From assembly GCA_037445915.1 (NCBI GenBank), contig JBBIJQ010000008.1, positions 1 through 46,872 of the forward strand: a stretch of DNA of 46,872 bases. Direction: 5' to 3'. Below the pieces are notes generated by a model. The model ran no database searches and was not told where the DNA came from. It saw only the letters and a program-made list of their open reading frames with translations. A program made the translations under genes and the position numbers. This stretch comes from Planctomycetales bacterium. GTDB taxonomy: Bacteria > 4484-113. Below, one piece after another: positions 8,314-17,755 of the stretch; positions within the stretch are counted from its first letter, which is position 1, and every line of letters begins with the position of its first letter.

Positions 8314-10149
8314 TTAGTCAACTTCCTTGTAGTCGGCGTCCACAACGCCATCGTCAGGCTCGGTTCCCGGCTGGAACTCGGTCTGGCCGAAATCCTGTGG
8401 CCCTCCCTGCGCCCCCGCACCGCGGTACATATACTCCGCGAGGCGGTAAGTCGCATTGAGAAGAATGTCGGTCTTAGCCTTGATATCATCCAGGTTTCGT
8501 TTCTCAACCGCGGCCTTCAAGTCAGCGAGGGCGCGCTCGGTCGCCTTGCGATCGCCCTCGTTAATCTTCTCGGCGTGGTCGCGCAGCGTTTTTTCAACCT
8601 GATAAATGAGCCCGTCCGCCTTGTTCATCGCCTCAACTTCGTCTCGGCGGCGTTTGTCTTCTGCGGCGTGGCTTTCGGCATCCTTAACCATGCGAGTGAT
8701 GTCGTCGTCAGCCAGGTTGGACGAGCCTGTGATTGTGATTTTCTGCTGCTGGTTGGTTGCCATATCGCGCGCGCTAACGTTGACGATGCCGTTCGCGTCA
8801 ATGTCAAACGTGACTTCAACCTGCGGGATGCCGCGTGGCGCGGGTGGGATGCCGACAAGGTGGAATCGGCCAAGGCTCTTGTTGTAGCCAGCCATCTCGC
8901 GTTCGCCTTGGAGGACGTGAATCTCCACTTGCGTCTGGTTGTCCGCAGCAGTGGAGAATACTTCGCTCTTGCGCGTGGGGATAGTCGTGTTGCGGGCTAT
9001 CATCTTGGTGAAGACTCCGCCCAGCGTTTCAATGCCCAGTGAGAGAGGAGTCACGTCAAGGAGCAATACGTCCTTGACATCGCCTTTGAGCACTGCCGCT
9101 TGGATAGCCGCGCCGACTGCGACAACCTCGTCCGGGTTCACGCTCTTGTTTGGCTCCTTGCCGGTGAGTTTGCGGACTAAATCAACCACAGCCGGAATGC
9201 GCGTGGAACCTCCTACGAGCAGCACCTGGTCTATGTCGTCGGAGCTGACGCCTGCATCGCTCATCGCCTGCTTGACCGGTCCGACGGTCTTTTCCAGCAA
9301 ATCGTCAATCAGTTCCTCAAACTTTGCCCGGGAAAGCGAAGCGTCAAGGTGCTTCGGGCCATCGGCGTCCGCAGTGATGAAGGGCAGGCTGATGTCCGTG
9401 TTGGACTGGCTTGAAAGCTCAACCTTCGCCTTTTCCGCAGCCTCGCGAAGCCGCTGCATCGCGCGCGGGTCCTTGCGCAGGTCAATTGCGGTCTCTTCGC
9501 GGAAGTTATCAGCGAGCCAGTCGGCTACGCGAAGGTCAAAGTCGTCGCCGCCCAGCAAATTGTTGCCGCTCGTGGCCTTGACTTCAAAGACGCCTTCGCC
9601 GATTTCAAGAATGCTCACGTCAAATGTGCCGCCGCCGAGGTCGTAAACCATGACGGTCTGTTCCTTGTCAGCCTTATCAAGCCCGTATGCCAGCGCGGCT
9701 GCCGTCGGCTCGTTGATGATACGCAGCACTTCAAGGCCGGCGACTGTTCCCGCATCTCGCGTGGCGCGCTTCTGTGCGTCTTCAAAATACGCGGGAACGG
9801 TGATGACGGCCTGGGTGATCTTCTCGCCGAGGTGGGCTTCCGCATCGCGCTTCAACTTGGCGAGAATCATTGCGGATATCTCCTGCGGAGTATATTCCGT
9901 TGAGTCGATCTTTACCTTGTAGTCGGTACCCATCTTGCGCTTGATGCTTGCAATAGTGCGCCCAGGGTGGACGATTAGCTGGCGCTTGGCGGCGACGCCG
10001 ACAACGCGCTCGCCGTCTTTCGTGATGTGCACGACGGACGGCGTGGTGCGGCCACCTTCAGAGTTGGCGATAATCTTAGGCTCGCCAGCCTCCATAACGG
10101 CCATGCACGAGTTGGTCGTGCCAAGGTCAATTCCAATTACTTTTACCAT
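8314..10149 (-). CDS. dnaK: chaperone DnaK (Hsp70)
   Basis: [24 protein letters not shown] and the rest of the Hsp70 signature throughout. The track start at 10155 is a TTG. The ATG at 10149 sits 6 nt after GAGG. Confidence 0.97.
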   Translation of the reverse strand: MVKVIGIDLGTTNSCMAVMEAGEPKIIANSEGGRTTPSVVHITKDGERVVGVAAKRQLIVHPGRTIASIKRKMGTDYKVKIDSTEYTPQEISAMILAKLKRDAEAHLGEKITQAVITVPAYFEDAQKRATRDAGTVAGLEVLRIINEPTAAALAYGLDKADKEQTVMVYDLGGGTFDVSILEIGEGVFEVKATSGNNLLGGDDFDLRVADWLADNFREETAIDLRKDPRAMQRLREAAEKAKVELSSQSNTDISLPFITADADGPKHLDASLSRAKFEELIDDLLEKTVGPVKQAMSDAGVSSDDIDQVLLVGGSTRIPAVVDLVRKLTGKEPNKSVNPDEVVAVGAAIQAAVLKGDVKDVLLLDVTPLSLGIETLGGVFTKMIARNTTIPTRKSEVFSTAADNQTQVEIHVLQGEREMAGYNKSLGRFHLVGIPPAPRGIPQVEVTFDIDANGIVNVSARDMATNQQQKITITGSSNLADDDITRMVKDAESHAAEDKRRRDEVEAMNKADGLIYQVEKTLRDHAEKINEGDRKATERALADLKAAVEKRNLDDIKAKTDILLNATYRLAEYMYRGAGAQGGPQDFGQTEFQPGTEPDDGVVDADYKEVD

Positions 10150-10179
10150 ATACAACCTCGTTAAAGGATTTCATGGCGC

Positions 10180-10208
10180 ATTATACCTGCGCCCCGAAAA
10201 TCTGTCAA
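10180..10208 (-). promoter_or_regulatory. consensus sigma-70 promoter of the dnaK operon (TTGACA-17-TATAAT)
   Basis: On the minus strand, TTGACA (10208-10203), an exactly 17-nt spacer, and TATAAT (10185-10180). This lies about 30 nt upstream of the dnaK ATG. Confidence 0.7.
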
Positions 10209-10221
10209 GTAGAACATAACA

Positions 10222-10248
10222 TTATCTTATGTCACGCGACTAAGATAA
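10222..10248. promoter_or_regulatory. perfect 8-bp inverted repeat TTATCTTA-N11-TAAGATAA just upstream of the -35 (candidate operator)
   Basis: Arms at 10222-10229 and 10241-10248 are exact reverse complements. A second inverted repeat, GGCGCA-N7-TGCGCC (10175-10193), straddles the -10. Confidence 0.4.
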
Positions 10249-10454
10249 TTACCGCGCGTTTGCGCCATTTAACTTACGCGGGGTGAAAGTGCTGCGGAAA
10301 AGCTGCTTTCGTAGTAAGCTAATGCTTGAGAGCTTGAACAATTTCCTTCTTCATAGCATCTAATTAAATGCCTGCCCGAACCGGCGCGGAAGCAGTTCCC
10401 ATGGCAGGCGAAAACTAAAATCAAATGCCCCTCGGGTTTGTGGTGGAGGTATAA

Positions 10455-11714
10455 ATGCAAAACAGCAATGAGCGTTTTTGGAGGGCTACAACGGTTGCCC
10501 TTATCATCACCCTTATAGGCGCTTTCTTCTATATGGGCTACACCGTGTCGCGAGTTAAGGCGCAGGGCGCCAACCCGCCTGTCAAGTCGATGAAAGCTGA
10601 TTTTCGGGCGAATGCGCCGGCAGACAGCCCTTATTGGGTTGCTGACTTGGTGGAGAAGGCGCTGCCTTTCGTGGTGAACATCCGCACTGAATCCAAACCG
10701 AAGGCGGAATCGCCAAACCAAAACCAGCGAGGCCAGTACAAGGAATTGCCTAATAGCGGAAGCCAGCGGAATCCTTTTGAGTGGTTCCAGGAGCAGTTCC
10801 GCGGCTTTGAGATGCCGAACATTCCCTACTACCAGTACCGGCAGCCGCCGATGGAAGGCATAGGCAGCGGCTTCATCGTTTCGGCGAAAGGCCATATCGT
10901 CACGAATGCGCATGTTGTTGAAGGGATGGACACCTTCACCGTAACTCTCAATGACGGCAAGGAGCACAAGGCAAAGCTGATCGCGGCCGACAAGCTCAAG
11001 GACATCGCAATCCTTAAAATTGATGCAAGCGGGCTTGCTGTCGCCCCTATCGGGGATTCAACAAAAGTCCGCATCGGCGAGCCGACCATCGCCATCGGCA
11101 GCCCGTTCGGGCTGTATGCAACCGTGACGCAGGGCATTATCTCCACTACAGCCCGCGACCCCAAAGAGCTTCGGATGCCAACAGACGAGCGGCGGGTGCA
11201 TAAGCTGCTCCAAACTGATGCGGCGATTAATCAGGGCAACTCCGGCGGGCCGCTTCTGAACGCGCGCGGCGAGGTCATCGGCGTTAACCAGGCAATCATC
11301 CCCTATGCCAACGGCATCGGCTTCGCCATCCCAATAAGTGAAGTAAGGGGCACTATCGACCAAATCATCGAGACCGGCAAAGTCGTATACCCCGGCATCG
11401 GCCTGGGAGTGCGTGATGTCACGCCGGAGAACTACAAAGACCTCAAGGTTGAAGTTACCGAAGGCGCGTATGTTGCGCAGGTTAACGCGGATGGCCCCGG
11501 CGACCGCGCAGGCATCCAGCCGGGCGATGTCGTGCTGGAAGTTAACGGAACCAAGGTTAAGAGCGCCGATGGGCTGATAACCCAGATTCAGCAGTACAAA
11601 GTCGGCACCAGGGTAACAGTGCTGATCGCGCGAGGCGGCCGCAAGGACGCGATGAGGAAGGTAGCGGTGATCTTGGGCGAGCTTGACCAAAACGAGTTCC
11701 GCGCGGGCGAATAA
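10455..11714 (+). CDS. htrA: HtrA/DegP-family periplasmic serine protease with one PDZ domain
   Basis: N-terminal TM anchor, catalytic contexts TNAHVV, DIAILK and GNSGGPLL, and a C-terminal PDZ (GAYVAQVNADGPGDRAGIQPGDVVLEVNG). GGAGG precedes the ATG. Confidence 0.92.
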   Translation: MQNSNERFWRATTVALIITLIGAFFYMGYTVSRVKAQGANPPVKSMKADFRANAPADSPYWVADLVEKALPFVVNIRTESKPKAESPNQNQRGQYKELPNSGSQRNPFEWFQEQFRGFEMPNIPYYQYRQPPMEGIGSGFIVSAKGHIVTNAHVVEGMDTFTVTLNDGKEHKAKLIAADKLKDIAILKIDASGLAVAPIGDSTKVRIGEPTIAIGSPFGLYATVTQGIISTTARDPKELRMPTDERRVHKLLQTDAAINQGNSGGPLLNARGEVIGVNQAIIPYANGIGFAIPISEVRGTIDQIIETGKVVYPGIGLGVRDVTPENYKDLKVEVTEGAYVAQVNADGPGDRAGIQPGDVVLEVNGTKVKSADGLITQIQQYKVGTRVTVLIARGGRKDAMRKVAVILGELDQNEFRAGE

Positions 11715-11806
11715 GAACTGTTGAAGGGCGGGCGAGCTAAGCCCGACTCCGCCTTCACTACTGTGATAACATATTCACAGCGCCTGCGTACGGGCGCGGT
11801 CGACTG

Positions 11807-13732
11807 ATGGGCAGCCGATTTTTACAGATTGCGCTTGTTATAACCTTCATCGTCATTGCTGCGATGCTCTACTCGCAGATGGGGCAGATGGGCGTGGAAA
11901 CGCTCAACTACTCAGACCTTGTCAGCAAGATACAGCAAGGCAAGATCGCGACGATGAACATCAACCGCGAAACGGTCACGGCAGAAGGAATGTATATCCC
12001 TGCGCTGGACACCGAAGGGAAGCAAACTGTCACCCGTTACCGAAGCAACCTTCCGCCTGACTACGCTGCCTTGCTGAAAACCGCAGAGGAGCATAATGTC
12101 AAGGTAGAGTTTATCCGCGCGAGCGGGATGGCTGCGCTGTTCAACCCCACGATGCTCCTGTGGATACTGATGCTGCTGATGCCCATCGGGCTCATCTGGT
12201 TCATCGTCTCGCGCCAGTCGCAATCAGGCGGCCAGTCTCAGGCGTTTAACTTCGGCAAGTCGCGCGCGCGGATGATGAACCCTGAACGCGCCCGCGTTAC
12301 TTTCAAGGATATTGCAGGCCTTGTAGAGGTTGTTAACGAGCTGGATGAAGTCGTGGATTTCCTTAGAGAGCCTGCGAAATACCAGCGGCTGGGCGCGGAG
12401 ATTCCCAAAGGCGTAATTCTGATCGGGCCTCCCGGCTGCGGCAAGACCCTGCTTGCGAAGGCTGTCGCAGGCGAAGCGAATGTCCCCTTCTTCTTCATCA
12501 GTGGAAGCGACTTCGTGGAGATGTTTGTCGGCGTTGGCGCGGCGAGGGTGCGAGACTTGTTTGACCAGGCGAAGCGCCGCGCGCCATGCTTGGTGTTCAT
12601 TGACGAGCTTGACGCAGTGGGCCGTTTGCGCGGCACAGGCATCGGCGGTGGGCATGACGAGCGCGAACAAACGCTGAACCAGCTTCTTGTGGAGATGGAC
12701 GGCTTTGAGCCTAATTCCGGCGTTATCGTCCTCGCTGCGACTAACCGCCCCGACGTGCTTGACCCCGCGCTGCTGCGCCCCGGGCGCTTTGACAGGCGCA
12801 TCGTCGTGGACAGCCCTGACGCAAAAGGCCGCGAAGAGATACTTAAGATTCACCTTAAGAACAAGCCCATTACCGCTGACGTTGACATGAGGGAACTTGC
12901 GCAGCGCACTCCAGGCTTCTCAGGCGCAGATCTGCGCAACGTTGCCAACGAAGCCGCGCTGCTTACCGCGCGTAAGAAGCTTGACCGCCTTTCAATGACA
13001 GAGCTGGCTGAGGCAATTGAGCGCGTGGTGGCAGGCCCTGAGCGAAGAAGCCGCGTCATCTCCGAGCAGGACAAAAAGGTCATCGCCTACCACGAGCTTG
13101 GGCATGCCGTCGCGGCATACCGGATTCCAGGCGCAGACCCCGTGCACAAAATATCCATACTTCCGCGCGGCCTCGCGCTTGGCTATACGCTGCAATTCCC
13201 CGAAGAAGACACTTTCCTCCACACGCGCCAAAAGCTTCTTGACCGCATCTGTATCCTTCTTGGCGGGCGCGCGTCGGAAGAGATTGCGTTTAGCGAAATT
13301 ACGACCGGCGCGAACAACGACCTTGAACGCGCCACCGAACTCGCCCGCGAGATGGTGACCCGATTTGGCATGAGCGAGCGCCTGGGGCCGCTTACCTTCG
13401 GCAACAAGCACCAAAGCGTTTTCCTGGGCAAGGCGCTGATGGAAGACCGTAATTACTCGGAAGACATAGCCTCGCAAATTGACTCAGAAGTCCGGCTCAT
13501 CGTTAACGGCTGCTACGCCAAAGCCAAGTCCATCATCTCCGACAACAAGCGCTGGCTTGATCACATCAGCAGCGTCCTTATTAGCGGAGAGACGCTGGAG
13601 CGCAAGGAATTTGAGAAACTGATGGAAGACTTGGATGCGCAATTCGGCGCTCCGGGCAGCGCAAGGGCGTCAAGCGCCTTTACACAGCAGCCAGGTTCTA
13701 TTGACTTGTGCATTAGCGGGGACGGGGCATGA
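11807..13732 (+). CDS. ftsH: ATP-dependent zinc metalloprotease FtsH
   Basis: Two N-terminal TM helices, Walker A GPPGCGKT, Walker B VFIDELD, and the zinc site HELGHA. Confidence 0.97.
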   Translation: MGSRFLQIALVITFIVIAAMLYSQMGQMGVETLNYSDLVSKIQQGKIATMNINRETVTAEGMYIPALDTEGKQTVTRYRSNLPPDYAALLKTAEEHNVKVEFIRASGMAALFNPTMLLWILMLLMPIGLIWFIVSRQSQSGGQSQAFNFGKSRARMMNPERARVTFKDIAGLVEVVNELDEVVDFLREPAKYQRLGAEIPKGVILIGPPGCGKTLLAKAVAGEANVPFFFISGSDFVEMFVGVGAARVRDLFDQAKRRAPCLVFIDELDAVGRLRGTGIGGGHDEREQTLNQLLVEMDGFEPNSGVIVLAATNRPDVLDPALLRPGRFDRRIVVDSPDAKGREEILKIHLKNKPITADVDMRELAQRTPGFSGADLRNVANEAALLTARKKLDRLSMTELAEAIERVVAGPERRSRVISEQDKKVIAYHELGHAVAAYRIPGADPVHKISILPRGLALGYTLQFPEEDTFLHTRQKLLDRICILLGGRASEEIAFSEITTGANNDLERATELAREMVTRFGMSERLGPLTFGNKHQSVFLGKALMEDRNYSEDIASQIDSEVRLIVNGCYAKAKSIISDNKRWLDHISSVLISGETLERKEFEKLMEDLDAQFGAPGSARASSAFTQQPGSIDLCISGDGA

Positions 13733-14316
13733 GTTCGCGCAAAGTTGATAGCGGCCGCATCGCCGAAGCTGTCCGCGAGATACTCCTCGCCATCGGAGAA
13801 GACCCTGAGCGCGAAGGGCTGGCAAAGACTCCTGAGCGAGTCGCGCAGATGTATGAGGATATGCTCGGCGGGGTTGAGGAGGACGGCTATGAGCTTTTGC
13901 GCTCATCTGTGTTCCACGAGAAGCATGAAGAGCTTGTGCTGCTGCGCGACATAGACTTTTACTCCATATGCGAACACCACCTGATGCCCTTCATGGGTAA
14001 GGCGCATATCGCGTATATTCCCAAAGGCTCTGTGTGCGGGCTTTCCAAGATAATCCGCGCGTTCTCGCACCTTTGCCGCAAGCCCCAGCTCCAGGAGCGG
14101 CTAACATGGCAGATGGCAGACCTCCTCTTTGAAACGCTCCACCCTTACGGCGCGGCGGTAGTCCTTGAAGCCCGCCACCTATGCATGGAGCTGCGCGGGG
14201 TCCACAAGCTGGGGACAGTCGTTACGACCTCCGCGCTGCGCGGGGTTTTCCATAACAACGCGGCTTCGCGCCAGGAGCTGTTCAAGCTTATCCAGGGGCG
14301 CCCGCAGGTTCTTTAA
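13729..14316 (+). CDS. folE: GTP cyclohydrolase I
   Basis: SICEHHLMPFMGKAHIAY and KPQLQERLT motifs. The ATGA overlap with the ftsH stop suggests translational coupling. Confidence 0.95.
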   Translation: MSSRKVDSGRIAEAVREILLAIGEDPEREGLAKTPERVAQMYEDMLGGVEEDGYELLRSSVFHEKHEELVLLRDIDFYSICEHHLMPFMGKAHIAYIPKGSVCGLSKIIRAFSHLCRKPQLQERLTWQMADLLFETLHPYGAAVVLEARHLCMELRGVHKLGTVVTTSALRGVFHNNAASRQELFKLIQGRPQVL

Positions 14317-14357
14317 TGCGCTGGCCGGCCTTTTCTAAATAGCCCCAAGAGCGCTAT

Positions 14358-14386
14358 TTGACTCTCGCCCTGTAGGCTAGTATACT
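14358..14386 (+). promoter_or_regulatory. near-consensus sigma-70 promoter TTGACT-17-TATACT
   Basis: TTGACT at 14358-14363, a 17-nt spacer and TATACT at 14381-14386, about 58 nt upstream of the cytochrome ATG. Confidence 0.6.
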
Positions 14387-14444
14387 TTCGGCTCGTATTC
14401 TCGGCTGTCCGTTCGGGATAAACCACCCTATTTCGGAGCGATTC

Positions 14445-15995
14445 ATGAACGTAAGCCTGAACAAGGGAACGAAGTTCTTTTGGTACTTCTTTGTCGTGAC
14501 ATTGCTGGTGCTGTTTAGCTACACAGCGCTCGCGCAGCAGCGCGGCGATGCCCGCCCAAAGACTCACAAGCGCGCCTGGTATGAAAACCTTGAGCAGAAC
14601 ATGGGGAAATACGGGATTGAGGTGAAAGATGTGCCCTACGTCCCGCTACTGGACTATTCGGAGTCCTGCTCGTTCTGCCACGACACTCACTATAAGCAGT
14701 GGCAGTATTCCGGGCACGGCACCTCATACACCAATCCTTTCTACCAGCAAGCGGCTGCGGAATACCGGGAGTTTTACGATTACACTTCCAAGAACGTAGC
14801 CATGGCCCGCAAGCTGGGAGAGCTGCGCAAGGACGATATCCTTCCGGCCGCGGCGCAGATGCCGGAAAAGGTGGACTGCCTGTCCTGCCACGCGCCTGCG
14901 ATAGACGCGGAGATCAACTTCAGCACTAACCGCCCGCTTGTTGAGTTCCTCAAGGCTATCCGCGAAGGCTATGTGCCGAAACTAGACGACATATCCTCGG
15001 GCGCTGTTGACCGTACGCTCGCAGTGCGTAAAGACCCTTGGCCCAATTCGGATATCGCCATCCGCGAGCAGCTGAACTACTGGCAGCGCCTTAACGACTA
15101 CACCAAGGACGGCGTTAGCTGCGATTTCTGCCACACCATCAGCCGCATGGGCCTGCCTACCGACCGCGACCAGGTTAAGTATCCTGAGCTCTATAACCAT
15201 TACTACGGCCTGTCGTTTGAGCACCGCTTCGGCATGCAGAAGTTCGGTCCGCTTGAGGAAGCGCCTACTTCCGCGCATACCATCCGCTATTCATCGGTAT
15301 TCGTTGACTCGCGGATGTGCGCCCCTTGCCACCAAGAGGTTAACGGCTATGGCGTTATCGTCCAGGACACATACAACGAGTGGCTCAAGAGCAAATACTC
15401 CCGCCCCGGCCGCGACTTCAAGAGCTGCCAGTCCTGCCATATGCCTTCGGCGAAAGACTTGGGCCTTGGCCGCCTGCCTACGTCAAAGCACGGGCCCGAC
15501 CGCCCCGACTACAGCGTCCACGATTTCCGCGCGACCGATGAGGCTTTCTTGCGCAAGGCAGCCGAGCTAACGCTTACCGCCGAGCGCGAAGCCGACATTA
15601 TTACAGCGAGCGTTGAGATCACGAATGTCGGCGCGGGCCACACCCTCCCGACCGGGACGCCGTTCCACCAGCTAGTGCTAGTGGTGCGCGCCCAGGACGC
15701 AGACGGAGTTGTGTTCTTTGAGAATGTGAAGAACTACGAGCGCAAGCTCGGCCGTTCCTTTGACTTCCGCCAGGCTGTCCCCTACTGGGAGGCCGACCAA
15801 TTGCTCTACGACACCCGCATTCCCGCGGGCGCGACGGTGACCGAGGAATTCAACATTGACGCTTCGGGGCTCTCTGGCTCTTGCTTCGTAACTGCGCAGC
15901 TGTTCTACCGCAAGGCTGACAAGCACTTTACTAAAGTCTACCAGCTAAGCGACCGGCCAATTGAGATGTATTCCATCGCCGAAGAAGTCTTCTAG
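14445..15995 (+). CDS. pentaheme c-type cytochrome (multiheme, cytochrome c554-like family), exported or membrane-anchored
   Basis: Five CXXCH sites: CSFCH, CLSCH, CDFCH, CAPCH and CQSCH. N-terminal hydrophobic segment FFWYFFVVTLLVLFSYTALA. Confidence 0.85.
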   Translation: MNVSLNKGTKFFWYFFVVTLLVLFSYTALAQQRGDARPKTHKRAWYENLEQNMGKYGIEVKDVPYVPLLDYSESCSFCHDTHYKQWQYSGHGTSYTNPFYQQAAAEYREFYDYTSKNVAMARKLGELRKDDILPAAAQMPEKVDCLSCHAPAIDAEINFSTNRPLVEFLKAIREGYVPKLDDISSGAVDRTLAVRKDPWPNSDIAIREQLNYWQRLNDYTKDGVSCDFCHTISRMGLPTDRDQVKYPELYNHYYGLSFEHRFGMQKFGPLEEAPTSAHTIRYSSVFVDSRMCAPCHQEVNGYGVIVQDTYNEWLKSKYSRPGRDFKSCQSCHMPSAKDLGLGRLPTSKHGPDRPDYSVHDFRATDEAFLRKAAELTLTAEREADIITASVEITNVGAGHTLPTGTPFHQLVLVVRAQDADGVVFFENVKNYERKLGRSFDFRQAVPYWEADQLLYDTRIPAGATVTEEFNIDASGLSGSCFVTAQLFYRKADKHFTKVYQLSDRPIEMYSIAEEVF

Positions 15996-16020
15996 GGCTG
16001 GCTCATCTTAAACGACCAAT

Positions 16021-16055
16021 AGCGGGGGCTTCCTTCGGGATGCCCCCGCTTTTTT
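16021..16055 (+). terminator. intrinsic terminator after the cytochrome gene
   Basis: A 9-bp GC stem, AGCGGGGGC (16021-16029) pairing with GCCCCCGCT (16042-16050), followed by a T-run (16050-16055). Confidence 0.8.
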
Positions 16056-16094
16056 ATGAAGCTACAAAGCGAAAGCTGCCGCGCCTGGAGCGTT

Positions 16095-16928
16095 ATGGGG
16101 AAAGAGATCCCCATCCTTAGGCCGCTCATCATTGGCATCGTAAACCTCACTCCGGATTCCTTTTACGACGGCGGCAAGTTTGGCGGTGACGCACAGAAAG
16201 CAGCCGCCTGGGGGCTGGAAATGCTTGCGGCAGGCGCGGACATCATTGACCTTGGCGGCGAGAGTTCCCGCCCCGGCAGCTGTCGCATCTCCGCTTCCGA
16301 AGAAAGCGCGCGAGTGCTGCCGGTGCTGCAATCCATCCTCCGCCAGCATCCGGCTGCGATAGTATCAGTTGACACTTGGAAATCAGAGGTCGCGCGCGCC
16401 GTGCTTGGCGAAGGCGCGTCCATCATCAATGACATTTCCGCTTGCAGCATGGACGGGAAGATGATGCCGTTGCTCGCTGAATCGGACTGCGGCTACGTGC
16501 TGATGCATATGCAGGGAACGCCAGACACTATGCAACAGAGCCCACAGTATACAGATGTCATCGCGGAAATAAGGGCGTTCTTCCACGAACGCTTGGCTAG
16601 CCTTGAAGACGCAGGCGTGAACATGCGGCGCATAGTTCTTGACCCTGGCATAGGCTTCGGCAAGCAGCCAGGGGATAACTTGAAGCTAATCGCCTCTTTG
16701 GAGAAGCTGCGCGCCCATAACCGGCCGCTGCTCTACGGCATTTCGCGCAAATCCTTCATTGGCCGGATGCTCGGCCGCGGACCCGAAGAGCGCTTGAATG
16801 GCACGACCGCGCTGCATATGGCGCTGCTGGCGCGAGGAGCGGACTTGCTGCGCGTGCACGACGTCTCTGCGGCGGTTGATGCGCTGAACGCATTCCTCGC
16901 GCTAAAGGAAGAGGAAAATGGAAGCTAG
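16095..16928 (+). CDS. folP: dihydropteroate synthase
   Basis: GIVNLTPDSFYDGG and DLGGESSRPG pterin-binding motifs. The track start at 16056 lies inside the terminator T-run, so I prefer the ATG at 16095 (MGKEIPIL) after GGAG. Confidence 0.9.
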   Translation: MGKEIPILRPLIIGIVNLTPDSFYDGGKFGGDAQKAAAWGLEMLAAGADIIDLGGESSRPGSCRISASEESARVLPVLQSILRQHPAAIVSVDTWKSEVARAVLGEGASIINDISACSMDGKMMPLLAESDCGYVLMHMQGTPDTMQQSPQYTDVIAEIRAFFHERLASLEDAGVNMRRIVLDPGIGFGKQPGDNLKLIASLEKLRAHNRPLLYGISRKSFIGRMLGRGPEERLNGTTALHMALLARGADLLRVHDVSAAVDALNAFLALKEEENGS

Positions 16929-17196
16929 GCGCATCATCATTACTGGCCGGGTGCAGGGCGTTGGCTACCGCTATTACGCGCAGCGCGCGGCCAACAGCTT
17001 AGGGATCAGAGGATATGTGCGCAACCTCCACGATGGAAACGTAGAAGTTGTTGCGCAACTGAGGGGCTGCGAGGACTTCGCAGCTTTCCTCGAAGCGCTA
17101 AAGCTTGGGCCGCGCGCCTCTCACGTAACAGGCGTTGAAGTAATGCCCCTATCCGGCGAATTGGGCGAGTTTACGGGCTTTGAAGTTAGAGGCTGA
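16918..17196 (+). CDS. acyP: acylphosphatase
   Basis: 92 aa with GRVQGVGYRYY and GYVRNLHDGNVEV signatures. It overlaps the folP end. Confidence 0.9.
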   Translation: MEARRIIITGRVQGVGYRYYAQRAANSLGIRGYVRNLHDGNVEVVAQLRGCEDFAAFLEALKLGPRASHVTGVEVMPLSGELGEFTGFEVRG

Positions 17197-17683
17197 GCTT
17201 TCCGCGGTCTGCGTCCATCTCTGCTTCCGCCGCACGCTTGGCGCGCATCTCCGTTAACTTCTGTCCCAGTTTAAGCTCCTTGCCTGCTTCGGATGAGGCG
17301 ATGATGCCCACAGCGTATATCGCCGCATTCTTCGCCCCGTCAATCGCCATTGCGCCGACAGGCACGCCTGGCGGCATCTGAACAATCGCCAGCAGCGCAT
17401 CCAAGCCCGCGAGGCTGACAGAAACTGGCAGGCCGATAACCGGTTTCACGGTGCGGCTCGCGACTGCGCCGGGAAGCGCGGCCGCCATCCCCGCAATCGC
17501 TATATATGCGCCGACGTCGCCATCAAGTTCTTTTATCTTGCGGTCAAGCAGGTCGGGCGTGCGGTGTGCCGAAGCAACTGTGATTTCATAAGGCACACCG
17601 AATCCATCAAGTGTGGCGGCGCATTCTTCTGCGTACTTGAGATCGCTTTTGCTGCCAACGAAAATGCCGATAAGTGGTTTCAT
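17186..17683 (-). CDS. purE: N5-carboxyaminoimidazole ribonucleotide mutase
   Basis: GSKSDL...VASAHRTPD...AGMAAALPG is the PurE signature. Confidence 0.93.
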   Translation of the reverse strand: MKPLIGIFVGSKSDLKYAEECAATLDGFGVPYEITVASAHRTPDLLDRKIKELDGDVGAYIAIAGMAAALPGAVASRTVKPVIGLPVSVSLAGLDALLAIVQMPPGVPVGAMAIDGAKNAAIYAVGIIASSEAGKELKLGQKLTEMRAKRAAEAEMDADRGKLSL

Positions 17684-17755
17684 AATGTAGAAACGCTCCG
17701 ATGATGAGTTGTTAGTATTATAACATAGCGAGGTTTGATACGATTCATTAGGCGG

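Noticed and set aside
10156-10454. Canonical HAIR (CTTGAGT-N7-ACTCAAG) or CIRCE (TTAGCACTC-N9-GAGTGCTAA) operators in the dnaK/htrA divergent region
   Set aside because: Only a lone CTTGAG half-site is present (about 10326), with no inverted partner, and there is no CIRCE. The perfect palindromes actually present have different sequences and are reported separately as candidates.
10269-10967. 232-aa minus-strand ORF overlapping the htrA start
   Set aside because: It is antisense to the conserved HtrA N-terminus and catalytic His region, and no motif supports it.
16056-16094. Track start codon of folP at 16056
   Set aside because: This ATG lies immediately after the terminator hairpin, abutting its T-run, and adds a non-conserved 13-aa leader. 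The ATG at 16095, preceded by GGAG, fits the conserved DHPS N-terminus.
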